DNA from: Asterias rubens
Lineage: Eukaryota
Direction of reading: 5' to 3'
DNA length: 64,000 nucleotides
NCBI RefSeq assembly: GCF_902459465.1
Contig: NC_047071.1
Span: 2,046,001 to 2,110,000 of the forward strand
Made by a program: the position numbers and the translations under genes. The first letter of the stretch is position 1. Each line of letters starts with the position of its first letter. Under the pieces are notes generated by a model. The model was not told the DNA's origin and did no database searches. It worked only from the letters and a program-made list of their open reading frames with translations. This document shows positions 43,101-53,536 of the stretch, piece by piece.

Positions 43101-46100
43101 AATAGGGAGACTGCCACCAAATGCCAAAGGGCTAGACAGCTCATTTTTTACAAATTTGTATGCAAGTCGCCAGACACACAAGGCCTGAAGGAGTCATTGC
43201 CACCTACTCCTTGGGCTGAAACAGGGTTACCCCCTTTACAGTACATACGGATGTAGGCTTGGTAACTTGCATCAGAAGCCTGGCTGGTTATTATCATTAT
43301 TAGTCTGTTATTCATTTGTGAACACTGACCATCCTGTAATCCTAGGAAACATCATGGTCGTCATGGTCGAAGGCGCAGTGGTTCATTTGACAAGCCCGTG
43401 TCTAAGGGAGTTGGTGAATACGACACAGAGACGGACATTTCCATCGTCAACGGCAAAAGGGCAAAGATGTCCAGAAGAGTGAAGACTCCACGGCCAAAGT
43501 CCATTCAAAGAAGGAGTGGAACGGGTCTACAGAACTCCAAAGTACTCCAAGGTTTGGATGTGGAGGAGGAAGGAGCTGCTCCCTTGACATCAAGGTACAA
43601 GAGGGTTTTTCAGAAAGCTGGGGAAACTTTTCTTTTCAAAGGCACTGGACACCTTGGTAGTTGTCAAAGACCAGTATTCTCACACGGTGTATCTCAATAT
43701 GTGCATCAAATAACAAACCTGTGAGCATTTTTACTCAATTGGTCATCGAAGTTGCAAGAAAAAAATGAAAGAAAAAACACCCTTGTTCAGATCAGGCCTG
43801 TAGTTTTTTAATACTTGAGTGAGAAATTACCTCTTTCTCAAAAACTTTGTTACTTCAGAGGGAACCGTTTCTTTCACCAAAGTTGACCTGTAGTATTGAA
43901 ATACATCCACAGAAAGTTTTTTTTTAGAATATTGATATCCTTGCTGACACCACATCCATACATGATTGCTACAAATTTATCTTTTTTCATCTATTTGATC
44001 TCCGCTCGACTGTTCTCTTTACAGTGTTGATGATTCCACACAGATGGACCAGTCCTCACCAGGTTCCTACAAGGGACTCAATATGTCCACCTTTTCCGAC
44101 GACGACGACCTCACCCCCCGAAGAGGGCGCTCTGCAAGTCAGACATGCGTGCCGTCAGTGGTTTCATCCAGTGAAGAAAGTGACTCCTTTACTGAGATCT
44201 CCAGTGATGACGATTTGTCGGGAAGTTCTGAGGATTACAGTATGGAAGATTCTCACCAGGAGTTAAGGTTCTTGGACCAAAATCCAGGGTAAAAAATGTT
44301 GTCTTTTGGTCTTTCCTAATTATTTTAAACAAATCTGTAAAAGAAAAACGATTGTTTTTTGAAACAGTGAACCAGGAGTTAAAGGTCTTCGACCAAATTC
44401 CATGTTAAAAATGATGTCTTTTGGTCTTTTCTTATATTTTGAACAAAATCTGTGAAAAAAAGTTAGTTTTTTGAAATAGTGCACCAGGAGTAAAGGTTCT
44501 ATTTCTAGGGTTAAGGAAACTTTTCCCATCCCTGAAGCTCCTAAACATTTTTACCATTTCAGAAGTTTGTAAAAGGCGGAAATGTCCTCAGTTTGATAAA
44601 TGTTGATTTTCTTATTTTATTTCAGACCTTTTTTCGTGAAAAGGTTCTCATTCCAGTAATTTTGATGTTTTGGATTTTTTTTTACAAACAATTCTCTATC
44701 TTTGCAGCTCTAGGATGGGAAACACCTATGAGCACCCATCGACAGATGAGCCCCTATACGCTTCAATCAAATCAAGTGAGTATCGTACTTTATCTTTCAC
44801 GTTCATCATTGTTCACGTTTTCCTTTTGATTGCCTGGAGTAGGTCACTCACACAACAGCCGTCGATTTCACCAAACTCTTCCTAACTTAGGATTAATCTT
44901 AGGACTTACTACGAGTTCAATTCCGCATCCGAAGATGTTAGGACACATTGAACCCGTCCTAAGTTGGGACGGGTTACTAACTCCTAACTCAAGATAGGAT
45001 TAATCCTAGCCTTTAGTGAAATCGGCTCCATTAGCTTTTGCATTGCTTAACCATGAGCAACTTTTTATGCAGACTATAGACGAAAAAGTGTAAGCGTACT
45101 TCACTTAAGCAAGAAAAAGTGTAAGCGTACTTCACTTAAGCAAGAAAAAGTGTAAGCGTACTTCACTTAAGCAAGAAAAAGTGTAAGCGTACTTCACTTA
45201 AGCAAGAAAAAGTGTAAGCGTACTTCACTTAAGCAAGAAAAAGTGTAAGCGTACTTCACTTAAGCAAGAAAAAGTGTAAGCGTACTTCACTTAAGCAAGA
45301 AAATAAGGCAGCCAGCTTGCATGTTCACCATGGATAATGGCATTGTTGTGTCATGTGTTTTCATATAGTAGGCACCGGAAGGTTAGAATGCCTTTTCATG
45401 TACTTATGGTTAGCAGTGCTATGAAATGGAAACTTGCGTAGTAAAAGTACTAAATCAGCCATAAAGCGCTTTATGGAATCGGCCTCTGGTCATGACTGCA
45501 GCACTGTTCCTTGTCATGCTAGTCTTCTGATTGTCCCTACAGATAGGGCAGAAAACCACAGAAGACATCAAACACAGAGCTTGTACTCTGCAAGGCTTTC
45601 CATAGAGCCTAGGTGTAACTGACATTTTACTCCAACAAGAAGCATTTATGTGCCTTCCCTTCAGTCTTGTTGTTGTTTATATAAAAACAAAAGGTTAGTG
45701 GCAACACGGATGCAAAGATCATTCTTGATGTTGTTTGTGTGAGAATTGTGGTAATCGGTGACCAATCAGTACCTCTGCCGATTTCTTCCAGAATGTTAAA
45801 TAAACAATTTGGACAATTTTTTTTAAATGTATATGAAAAAACAGGTATACATCACAAGATTTTAACTTGTTTTAACTTGGGAAAACTCATCCCTAATACC
45901 ATCCTCTCCGCATTGTGTTTCATAGAGCAATCATCAGTGGGTCAACATGAAGAGAAACTCTATGAGACACTCAACAGTACTGCATCCACAGCAGTCCTTA
46001 CCTCATCAATGCCTCACAGGACGGCACCCTTACCTCCTAGCCCACCAGAGCCCCCTAGGGCACCCAGACCCTCACAGAAAGTCACCCTTCCACCCGATGA

Positions 46101-46855
46101 GGAGGAGCCCCGTCCGGGCGTGTCGTCATGGAGTGGCACCCACTACCCAGAGTCCACGGTCCTGAAAGGGATGAGTAGAGGTCAAAGGTAAGGCTCAAGG
46201 AATACGGAGAGCGTCTAAGTTGGCAGATACCAACATTATATTTATTTCAATTTTTATTAAAGACAATTACCAAAAGTGTATTCTACACTTTTGGTAATTG
46301 TCAGTCAAAGAAAAGTATCTTCACTTGGTGTATCCCAATATATGCATAAGAAAAAACTTTTGGAAAATATTGACTCGACTCGTCATCGCAGTTAATAATG
46401 AAAGAAAAAGTACCCTTGCTGCGGAGAATGATGTGCTTTCAAATGCCTGATGAAGCCTTTCTGCAATTCAAAGATTCAGGTGGAAATAACTTCTTTCTCT
46501 CAAACTTTAACTATTTCAAAGAGAGCATTTCTCGCAGTGGTTCATACTACATGTATCAATAGCTCTTTAATGGTTATTACCAAGTAAGTTTTGTTATTGT
46601 CATTAAAGTGTTGAGTAATTAAACTAAAAGTATACACTACCTTCAATATTTGTGAGCTTTGGTTGATACTGCTATTTATTATTCATTAGATGTCATTGTG
46701 TTTTTGTTTGAATTTTTTTTTCCAGAGAAATGGGCCTGTACCAAGTGGCTCAATTAGCGCAAGAGAGAGAAGTAAACCAGTCATGTAGAAGCAGTATGTC
46801 ATCGGTTACCAGTGACGCCAAGGTCCCAAAATCCAAAGCCTGCATTGTCATGTAA
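37119..46855 (+). CDS. TTC24: Tetratricopeptide repeat protein, TTC24-like, about 785-794 aa, with C-terminal CaaX (CIVM)
   Basis: Exons 37119-37755, 40897-41133, 41517-41645, 42129-42376, 42728-42888, 43346-43594, 44025-44288 (or 44261), 44708-44775, 45926-46187, 46726-46855, phase-consistent. TPR motifs CACNLGAALI, GDVHFNLGLAY, WQVFEGL..YYKESL..IVSKLA match my recollection of vertebrate TTC24. The symbol needs BLAST confirmation. Confidence 0.8.
38154..40487 (+). CDS. Penelope reverse transcriptase + GIY-YIG endonuclease ORF (open from 5' junction, no native ATG)
   Basis: 778 codons with no internal stop. VINLS..LSKGLNF.PTP, KPADKG, DVTSLYTNIP, GTAMG, RYIDD, FLDV, KPTD..YL, Cys-rich linker CSNISKCIVC, IYLISCRVCGVQYIGET. 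Confidence 0.93.
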   Translation: MELAVANNLPTKCRLVSKQQHHRRRRFKRNVPTEAEPSAPQSTVINLSSCTLSDAENDLLSKGLNFCPTPPTVNQAELSQDLTDYYRRIRLREFFLDSPPIDPEPFYCKSKWVPPKNRVPSLETYVQVVSSQINSNDLSTHRTHDNLPREEREALKTLRARKDIIIKPADKGSAVVVMGRQQYIDEAMRQLNNQTNYKPLDTDPTGTFSKEIQLTLDEMHDRDNLSKKAHKFLSPVDCRTARFYLLPKIHKPDNPGRPIISGNGSPTENISLFVDSFLKTLMPQIPSYIHDTPDFLRKIAGIQKQVPNTAIIGTFDVTSLYTNIPQDEGIAACSSALAKSGHTSPPISDIVSLMQHVLTKNNFSFMGKNFLQVQGTAMGTRMAPSMACLFMSHLEQRMLASAPCRPWVWWRYIDDIFFIWTSDEASLKAFINHINSFHRTIKFTSEYSTKDTHFLDVKVLKTVVGLTTDLFVKPTDKHQYLHSTSCHPRHCKTSIAYSQALRLRRICSNDSDFIHHSQELKKHLVSRGHSSLAVHRAIQKVKARSRESVLSKGPKKQQSPTGKVPFVVTFHPSLPPIRKITSSNHHILHTSDRLQRAVQEEPIVAYRRPPSLRDLIVRAEVPPINDDVNPPLPQGTFRCSNISKCIVCRQHIRESDSFTSNTGGTTHKTRGHVTCTTTNLIYLISCRVCGVQYIGETRTTLKRRFYGHRSTVKTQKLDTPVGHHFNLPNHSISDMILQGIEALGNHRETVRLSREKLWIRRLQTIQPHGLNIQEGND
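40786..40824 (+). ncRNA. Minimal type-I hammerhead ribozyme-like motif (U3-A8 core variant)
   Basis: GCCT-TCGAGAA-A-GACTC-TGCTA-GGGTC-GAAA-CG-TC-AGGC: stem I GCCT/AGGC, stem II GACTC/GGGTC, GAAACGUC. PLE termini are known to carry such motifs. Confidence 0.7.
45083..45303. repeat. 31-bp perfect tandem repeat x7
   Basis: AAAAAGTGTAAGCGTACTTCACTTAAGCAAG. GTGTAAGCG starts at 45088, 45119, 45150, 45181, 45212, 45243 and 45274. No spacers. Confidence 0.95.
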
Positions 46856-47223
46856 ACGCTTACCCTTCAAGCAGTTTCTCAAGCCGCATCATGTAATGCT
46901 GACGTAACTTTATTTATGTTCCACTGTGATGTCTCACTGCAGTCAATCTAGTCTTGGTGCAAGACATTCTTGTTTGAGTTGGTTAACCTCTATAGTAATA
47001 CCATAGGCCCCATACGCCCAATGCTACACATGTCGCAACTATTCCACCGATGGAAGGTGTTTCTGTAAGCCGTGATCATGCCAGCTGAATTTTGTTTTGG
47101 ACGTGGTATGGTGGGGTGATCTGGACGTTTTCCAACAGCGCCTGTTATCGCTCGATGGTAATGTGCGCGGCGAGGAGAAGTGGAGCGGGGGATTTCGCGA
47201 TAGTTGATAGTTCGCAACTGTTG

Positions 47224-47291
47224 AATGAGGTGCATGCTGGTCTAGCTAGAGATCAAACTTGATCGCTAGCTAGACCAGCATGCACCTCATT
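47224..47291. other. 68-nt near-perfect hairpin downstream of the TTC24-like stop
   Basis: 26 bp perfect + 1 mismatch + 6 bp, 2-nt loop. Confidence 0.9.
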
Positions 47292-47492
47292 CCACGCCTA
47301 ATGTACACGTACCTTGGGATAAGGTCTATATGATGACGCTGATGAGCGAGTGGGATATATCTGACGCAGACACGCTATTTTTTCCCTATTCCATGGACAT
47401 GCGACTTTTGCATGTGATTTTTCAACAAACTTGACACAAAGCTTAAGGTTTTTCAGTAATTTTCAAACTGTTGATGGTAGTCAGGACACCCA

Positions 47493-47682
47493 AGTTCTTG
47501 ATCATTGTGGCTGTGCACATGTGTAAAAATAGTTCTTGATCATTGTGGCTGTGCACATGTGTAAAAATAGTTCTTGATCATTGTGGCTGTGCACATGTGT
47601 AAAAATAGTTCTTGATCATTGTGGCTGTGCACATGTGTAAAAATAGTTCTTGATCATTGTGGCTGTGCACATGTGTAAAAAT
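47493..47682. repeat. 38-bp perfect tandem repeat x5
   Basis: AGTTCTTGATCATTGTGGCTGTGCACATGTGTAAAAAT, period 38. AATAAA follows at about 47687. Confidence 0.95.
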
Positions 47683-47978
47683 TATGCAATAAAAAAATGC
47701 TCTGTGGCAAAGGAATCGTTACGTATGAGCTGAACTGCAACATTCCAGCAATCGAATAGGGATACGTGTTCCTCAACCAGTCCCACCAGCTGTATTGTTA
47801 TTTTTACAAATGAAATTTTTCTTGTTATTTTCTTTATGTGTTGAAATATTTTTCTTACTGCGATCTATATGCAAAGTTTGAGGCTTTAAGTCTTGTACAA
47901 AAATTGGCTGCCTGTAGCTTTTTATATGCTTGTTCTGTTGTTATATAATTGTAGTGTTGTTTTTTATTCCACCTATTT

Positions 47979-48017
47979 GCCTTCTAGAAAGACTTTGCTA
48001 GGGTCTAAACATCAGGC
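47979..48017 (+). ncRNA. Degenerate copy of the same PLE hammerhead motif
   Basis: GCCT-TCTAGAA-A-GACTT-TGCTA-GGGTC-TAAA-CA-TC-AGGC. G5 and G12 are mutated. Preceded by a T-rich tract like the PLE 3' region. Confidence 0.55.
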
Positions 48018-51000
48018 CATTTTAATACTTAGAACTATGTTCTGTTTTTTAATTCTTGAATAGATTTGAATACATCTTTCAAACTATGCCGTTTTTCCAG
48101 CCATTAATGTACATGTACATGTAATATGGCCATTTTAACATTGTGTCACAATCCAACATTTCTTCTACTTGAGTTGAAAACATGTGTAATTGTTCATTGT
48201 TCCTTAAACTTTGTCTAAATAATTGTGCAGCAAATGATATTTTCAAACCGTTCGTGTTTTCTTTTCCCTTTTCAAAGGAATAAAATCGAATTTATAAATG
48301 TGTCACTTACATTCCAAAATCCTTCTATATCCAATTGGCAAAGTGAAGTATTCATTAGGACTTGGGTCAGTAGACCTAAATTTTAAGTGCATATCACTAT
48401 CAGGATTCTCCCTTAACAGTGGTCCGCTAGCCAAAAGTTAAAACACCCGATGACCAGTCAAAATTCACTCAAAGTGGTGCAACGGGCTAGTTTGAATCAT
48501 GGCCAGTTTTAATTTCCCCAGTGTGGGATAATAAAGTTCTTATCTTATCTTATCTTATCTTAGTTCAAGCACCTTTTTTTTTCATTTGAAATAATTATGA
48601 ACTGGTGAAACAGAAAACGAACTTACCTTTGATTTTTTATAAAAAGTTCATGTAGCTGTGTTTTTAGCTGTTAATTTCCATGATTCCTTGTTAATATTTT
48701 GTACAGAAATCAAATTAATTTTATTACAGAGAACATTATGTACTTTGTAAAAAACGGGCTGTGCCGAAGTAGTTCATCATGTTTATGTATAACCAGAGGA
48801 TCTTCAGTGAATATGGCTTGGCTTGCCAATTTCAGTCATTGTACTTAAAATAAAAGCTTTGTATATTTCTTGTTTCAGTAGTTAAATATCACTTTCAACC
48901 TTTTTGACTCTGAAAATTTATAATATTATATCAAAACTATTTACTTCTTGTTTCCATGTGTGTTGTGTCTGTTTAGTGGACAGTTTATCAGGTTAAGTGT
49001 GGAGCAAGCTGCGATCAATTACATTAGCTTTTCTTTCTTTACTTGGAAAAATGGTTAGTTGACTAACTGCAACCAAAAACTGGTGCTGGCTCGTCTTATT
49101 AGTAAACCATTGGAAGGAATAGTGGGAACCTGACTGACTTATCACAGTGTGATGGATTAACCATGGTTTAACTGGAGCTAACTAGAGTTTAACCACGAGT
49201 AACAGGCATATTTCAGTAACATGGGAACTGAAATAAACCATAGATTAACCGAAGCAGTCATACTTGCTCGTAGTTTACATGAGTTTAAGAAAAGATTTCT
49301 AACTGTAAACATTTGTATTTGTTAATTGTTCGTCAAAGCTTTGTCTAAATAATTATTTCATCAAATGATATCTTTAAATGGTTTGTGTTTCCTTTTCAAA
49401 AGAATTTATTAATAGTATTAAATTACAACAAGATAAATGGGTGAAGTATTAAGAATAACTCGCAAGACAATCAATGTAATTTTTGAACATATGAGAAGAA
49501 GAAAAGTTCTCTCTAAAATATCTGAACAAGTAATAACCCTCAAGGTAAACTGACTGGGTGAATTTTTTTATAATTTGGGTTAAACAAAGAAACCATTAAC
49601 CAGATTGAGACTTCACACTGCGTCCTCTGGATTAACATGCCACGCCATACCAACAGACATATCTAGCATTAGTATTTGCAGTCTACCTATTTTGTCACTA
49701 TCATTGTCTGATGAAGAGAATCAGTTACTGCCATTTACATGTATTGCATAACCAGGGATCACACCTAAGTTTACAAAATACTACTTGGGACGTGGCAGGA
49801 GAGGAATCACCTTCATAACATGGAAACAAAGATGGTCACCTTATTTAAGCTTCTCTAATCATCCCTTTAGAGACAACAATCATTTACAAGAATCAACAGT
49901 ACAATTGGGATTGTTTTGTGTACTTTATTAGACTTCTCTTTATCTGGTGGCAATAAAATATCAATAAAATATCAATTTGGTGACATATTTAAGTGTATTC
50001 CTGGTCTAATTTGTAAATATCTATTGCACATGTGTAATTAAAACATTAACTCCTATATCCACTCACCATACTAGCATAAAATTCGGATTCATCCTCTCAT
50101 TATTCACAACTCTTTTTAGTTCTAGTTGGTCAGAGGCATGTTACATTTTTACATGGATTTCTTAAGTGACACATAATAACACAAAGATGTAATGGTAATG
50201 CACTGTAAGTACATTGTTACTCATTTTGCATAGGAAGAGGGTCCAATTTCATGTCACTGCTAAGCAGTGTTGTAGGTCTCTAGCCGATCTTGGTCTCGGA
50301 CTATCGGATCTTGACTACAACACTGCTGCTTAGCACTAAATTTGGCATTTACGGTGCCCTGCGATGCGCATGATTCTATGGGCTGTAAGATCAGAATTCG
50401 ACAAAAGGCTGCACCATGAACTTGGGCCCAGATCTTGGGAAAGCTGTGCTGTTTACCTACAAGAAGTTGTGTCAATGCGACTGTAGACTGGCTTGCACAA
50501 AGGGAACAAAATCACACCTAAACCTGGCCTTTTGCCAAGGCCTTCGCACCACAGAGGAGCGACTGTAAAAGGAGACCAAGCGAGGGAGTTATATGGTGAG
50601 TGCATTGTCTCCCGTTACAGATGCTTGCGACCGCAGCTATCCAAACCACGTAGGCCTTGACAAAAGTCTAACCTAAACCCAACATGGTTTACTAGGAGCC
50701 TACCCACTACCCAGATTCAGTCACAGTTCAGTAGGTTTACAGACTCTGTGCATCACCCGAAAGACAAAACTACAGGTTGGACATACTGTGGACAATTTCT
50801 CTCTCACTTCGGTGATTGCTTTACTCCTTTCAAGAAAATGTTAATGCTCAAAGGAGTTTTTGAGAAAAACCTGAAATCAGGAATTATTTTGAGAAATCAT
50901 GCTAAAAAATACATTTCTTTACCCCCGATTAACATCAATTAAATCTACACGTAGTGTTATTTAAGGTTGACATTCAACCAATACCTACAGAGCTCAATGT

Positions 51001-53536
51001 ACCAACTTGTATCACCACACTGCTGTCTCTCAAACTAAATATATATACAGTATCTCAAATCCGACAAATCATCAGCTAACTGTAAAATGCTTCTCCACTC
51101 TTTACGAACTGTATACTGTACATGATTTATCTTAAGAAGCGAATAAAAAGACAAAAAGTCTATAATTTGTTGTTACCCTTATACCGATGTGCTCAGTACT
51201 TTCCAGAGTTCTGTGAAAGAAAAAAAAAATCCACAGCGATTCGAACCCATGACCTTTGCACTCCTAGAGCAGATGTCCTACCAATCGACCACAGAGCTAG
51301 CCCGGTGGCTAGAGGCAGGTCAAATCCTATGTGTCGGGTAAAACCAATTTATATTCTTTATCCCTGATGCACATGGAACATATTTAAAAAGTGTTCAACA
51401 AAAGGGCCTACCTAGAATGTACAAACTAAAGTAAAATAAATACTACTTACAATGTGGAATCTCAACTAAAATTTACAAATACATCAACAAAATTCATAAA
51501 AGTCCAAGATACACACTTAGTTGGACTTGCCGGTGCGTTTGTTTACAGTATACTATACATCTGATGTATTTACTTAATTTAAAACATGTTGCTTTGTTGA
51601 CAAGTATCTACAATTGCCTCATTACCTAAATGAAAAATGCACCTCCAACTGTTTATTTTGTTCCACAGAAAATAATCTTTACAACTGTATGCAACTCTTG
51701 CACATGTAAATGATCCATAGAAATGTATAACGTCACATTCACGATTCTCAAAGTTTTTACATTTCATTCCCCAGCCCTTTCAAAAAGATTATTTGCCATC
51801 AAAAGAAAACATTTAAAATAAAATAAAAAATAAAAATTTGACTTCAATTTTGTAAAGGGTGGGAAACACAGCAAAACAAAATGCTGAAAAGTAATTCTGT
51901 TGAAGTTCCATTTATAAACCATACTGAATCCAGTTTTAAAAAACATTGTTTTAAGATCAAAAATGGCAAGAGTATCATGACAAATCACCCCCAAAACGAA
52001 CTTAGTTATGCCTAGACGATAATTGGTTATTCATTATCTATTTTTCTTTGGTGATTTTCATATGCTGTGACAATATAAGCACACGCTTTGGTCGGGGTAA
52101 GAACCAATGTCATTTGTGACTGACAATAGACTGTGCAAGTCTCACGCATATTTGAACTATCAAGACCAAGTAAGTCTCATCCTTATTGAGTTTTACATAT
52201 GAGCAATTCTGTTTCTTAAAAAATGATTTCATATTGTTGGGAAAGTAAGATTTTAGCCATGAAATATACGAAGGTAAAATAGGCTAGGACACTCAACAAG
52301 GAGTTTGTGGAGGTTCTTAATTACAGAGACAAAGGAAAAAAAATATTGTCAAATCATGAGGAACTTTCCCACTTGGGGTTCTATGCATTGAATTGTTAAA
52401 ATAAAATTGAGTTGGCTGCTGTAATATGTTATTTCAAGGCAAGGCAAGATACAATCACTTAATGTTCTGTCAACTTCTAGAATTTGTTCATAATACTTTC
52501 TCTTATTAAAGCTTGAATCTTTTATTGAGTTTTTCTAAACATCATGAGGGTTGTACGTTGATCAGTAACTGTGCAAATTACTCACTAAGCGAGTTCTCAA
52601 AAATAACTCAATGTGAGCTCTCGAAATTCTTATCGGATAATGTTGAAATCAAGTTTATTTTTCCTCATACACCTTTCTGACAGAAATGTGTGTAGCCCGC
52701 TTGAATGCAACGCCATCTATCATGTTGCGTTGTTAACAACGTTTTTTTTTTCCAGAACCACCACTACTCAAAAGAGATTTACACATTGTGCTACCGCTAA
52801 CTTACCATAATCCCACCATGCAAAGTTTCAAATCCTACTTGACATCATCTATCACCTTGAACCCATCAACGGCGAGCGACAACTTGCAACAATGTTTAAT
52901 TGCTGCATTTCATTGCACCAGGATTGAAAAGAGCTATCTCAAGTCGCACCTATACGTAACTACTTCATCTTTGAAGTCTGTGGTCCTTAAAATGTATTCT
53001 CAAAATAAAGCTTTTCCAGGTCAATTTCGACCCTAAAAATGTTTTAAATTCAACTAAAACACACTAAATTTATGCTTTTTTCCTTTTTCCTTTTTTTGTG
53101 CGCACTTGATATCATTCCCATTCAGGTTCGTTTCTATTTCATTTATATGTACAGTCATTGAAGACTACACTTCCAGGAGTTTATTATTAAACAAAATGGT
53201 TAACCAGTCTTTGCTGTTGGCTTTTGTGAAATTGAACGCTCTTTTGCGAAATAATAAATTGAAATGGTCTTCTTTGACCAATGAAATATTAAGCTGTAGA
53301 TATTGAACTACTAATTTTGACTGTTGAAAGCTGATGCAACCTACATTTTCAAACAAAATAGAATGAGCTGGATGTTTTAACGGTATAAGTCTCTGTTGAA
53401 ATTGGCCGGGAAAAACCTATAGACTACACCAACACAGTATCCATCACTTCCAAACCCCTAGTACCTGCATACTCCAATATACTTCACAGTACCCTTTACT
53501 TCCAAACCCTTCAGTACTTTCATACTTCAATACACT

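Noticed and set aside
45083-45303. CRISPR-like 31-bp repeat (also the 38-bp repeat at 47493-47682)
   Set aside because: Units are contiguous with no unique spacers, there are no cas genes, and the context is eukaryotic and intronic.
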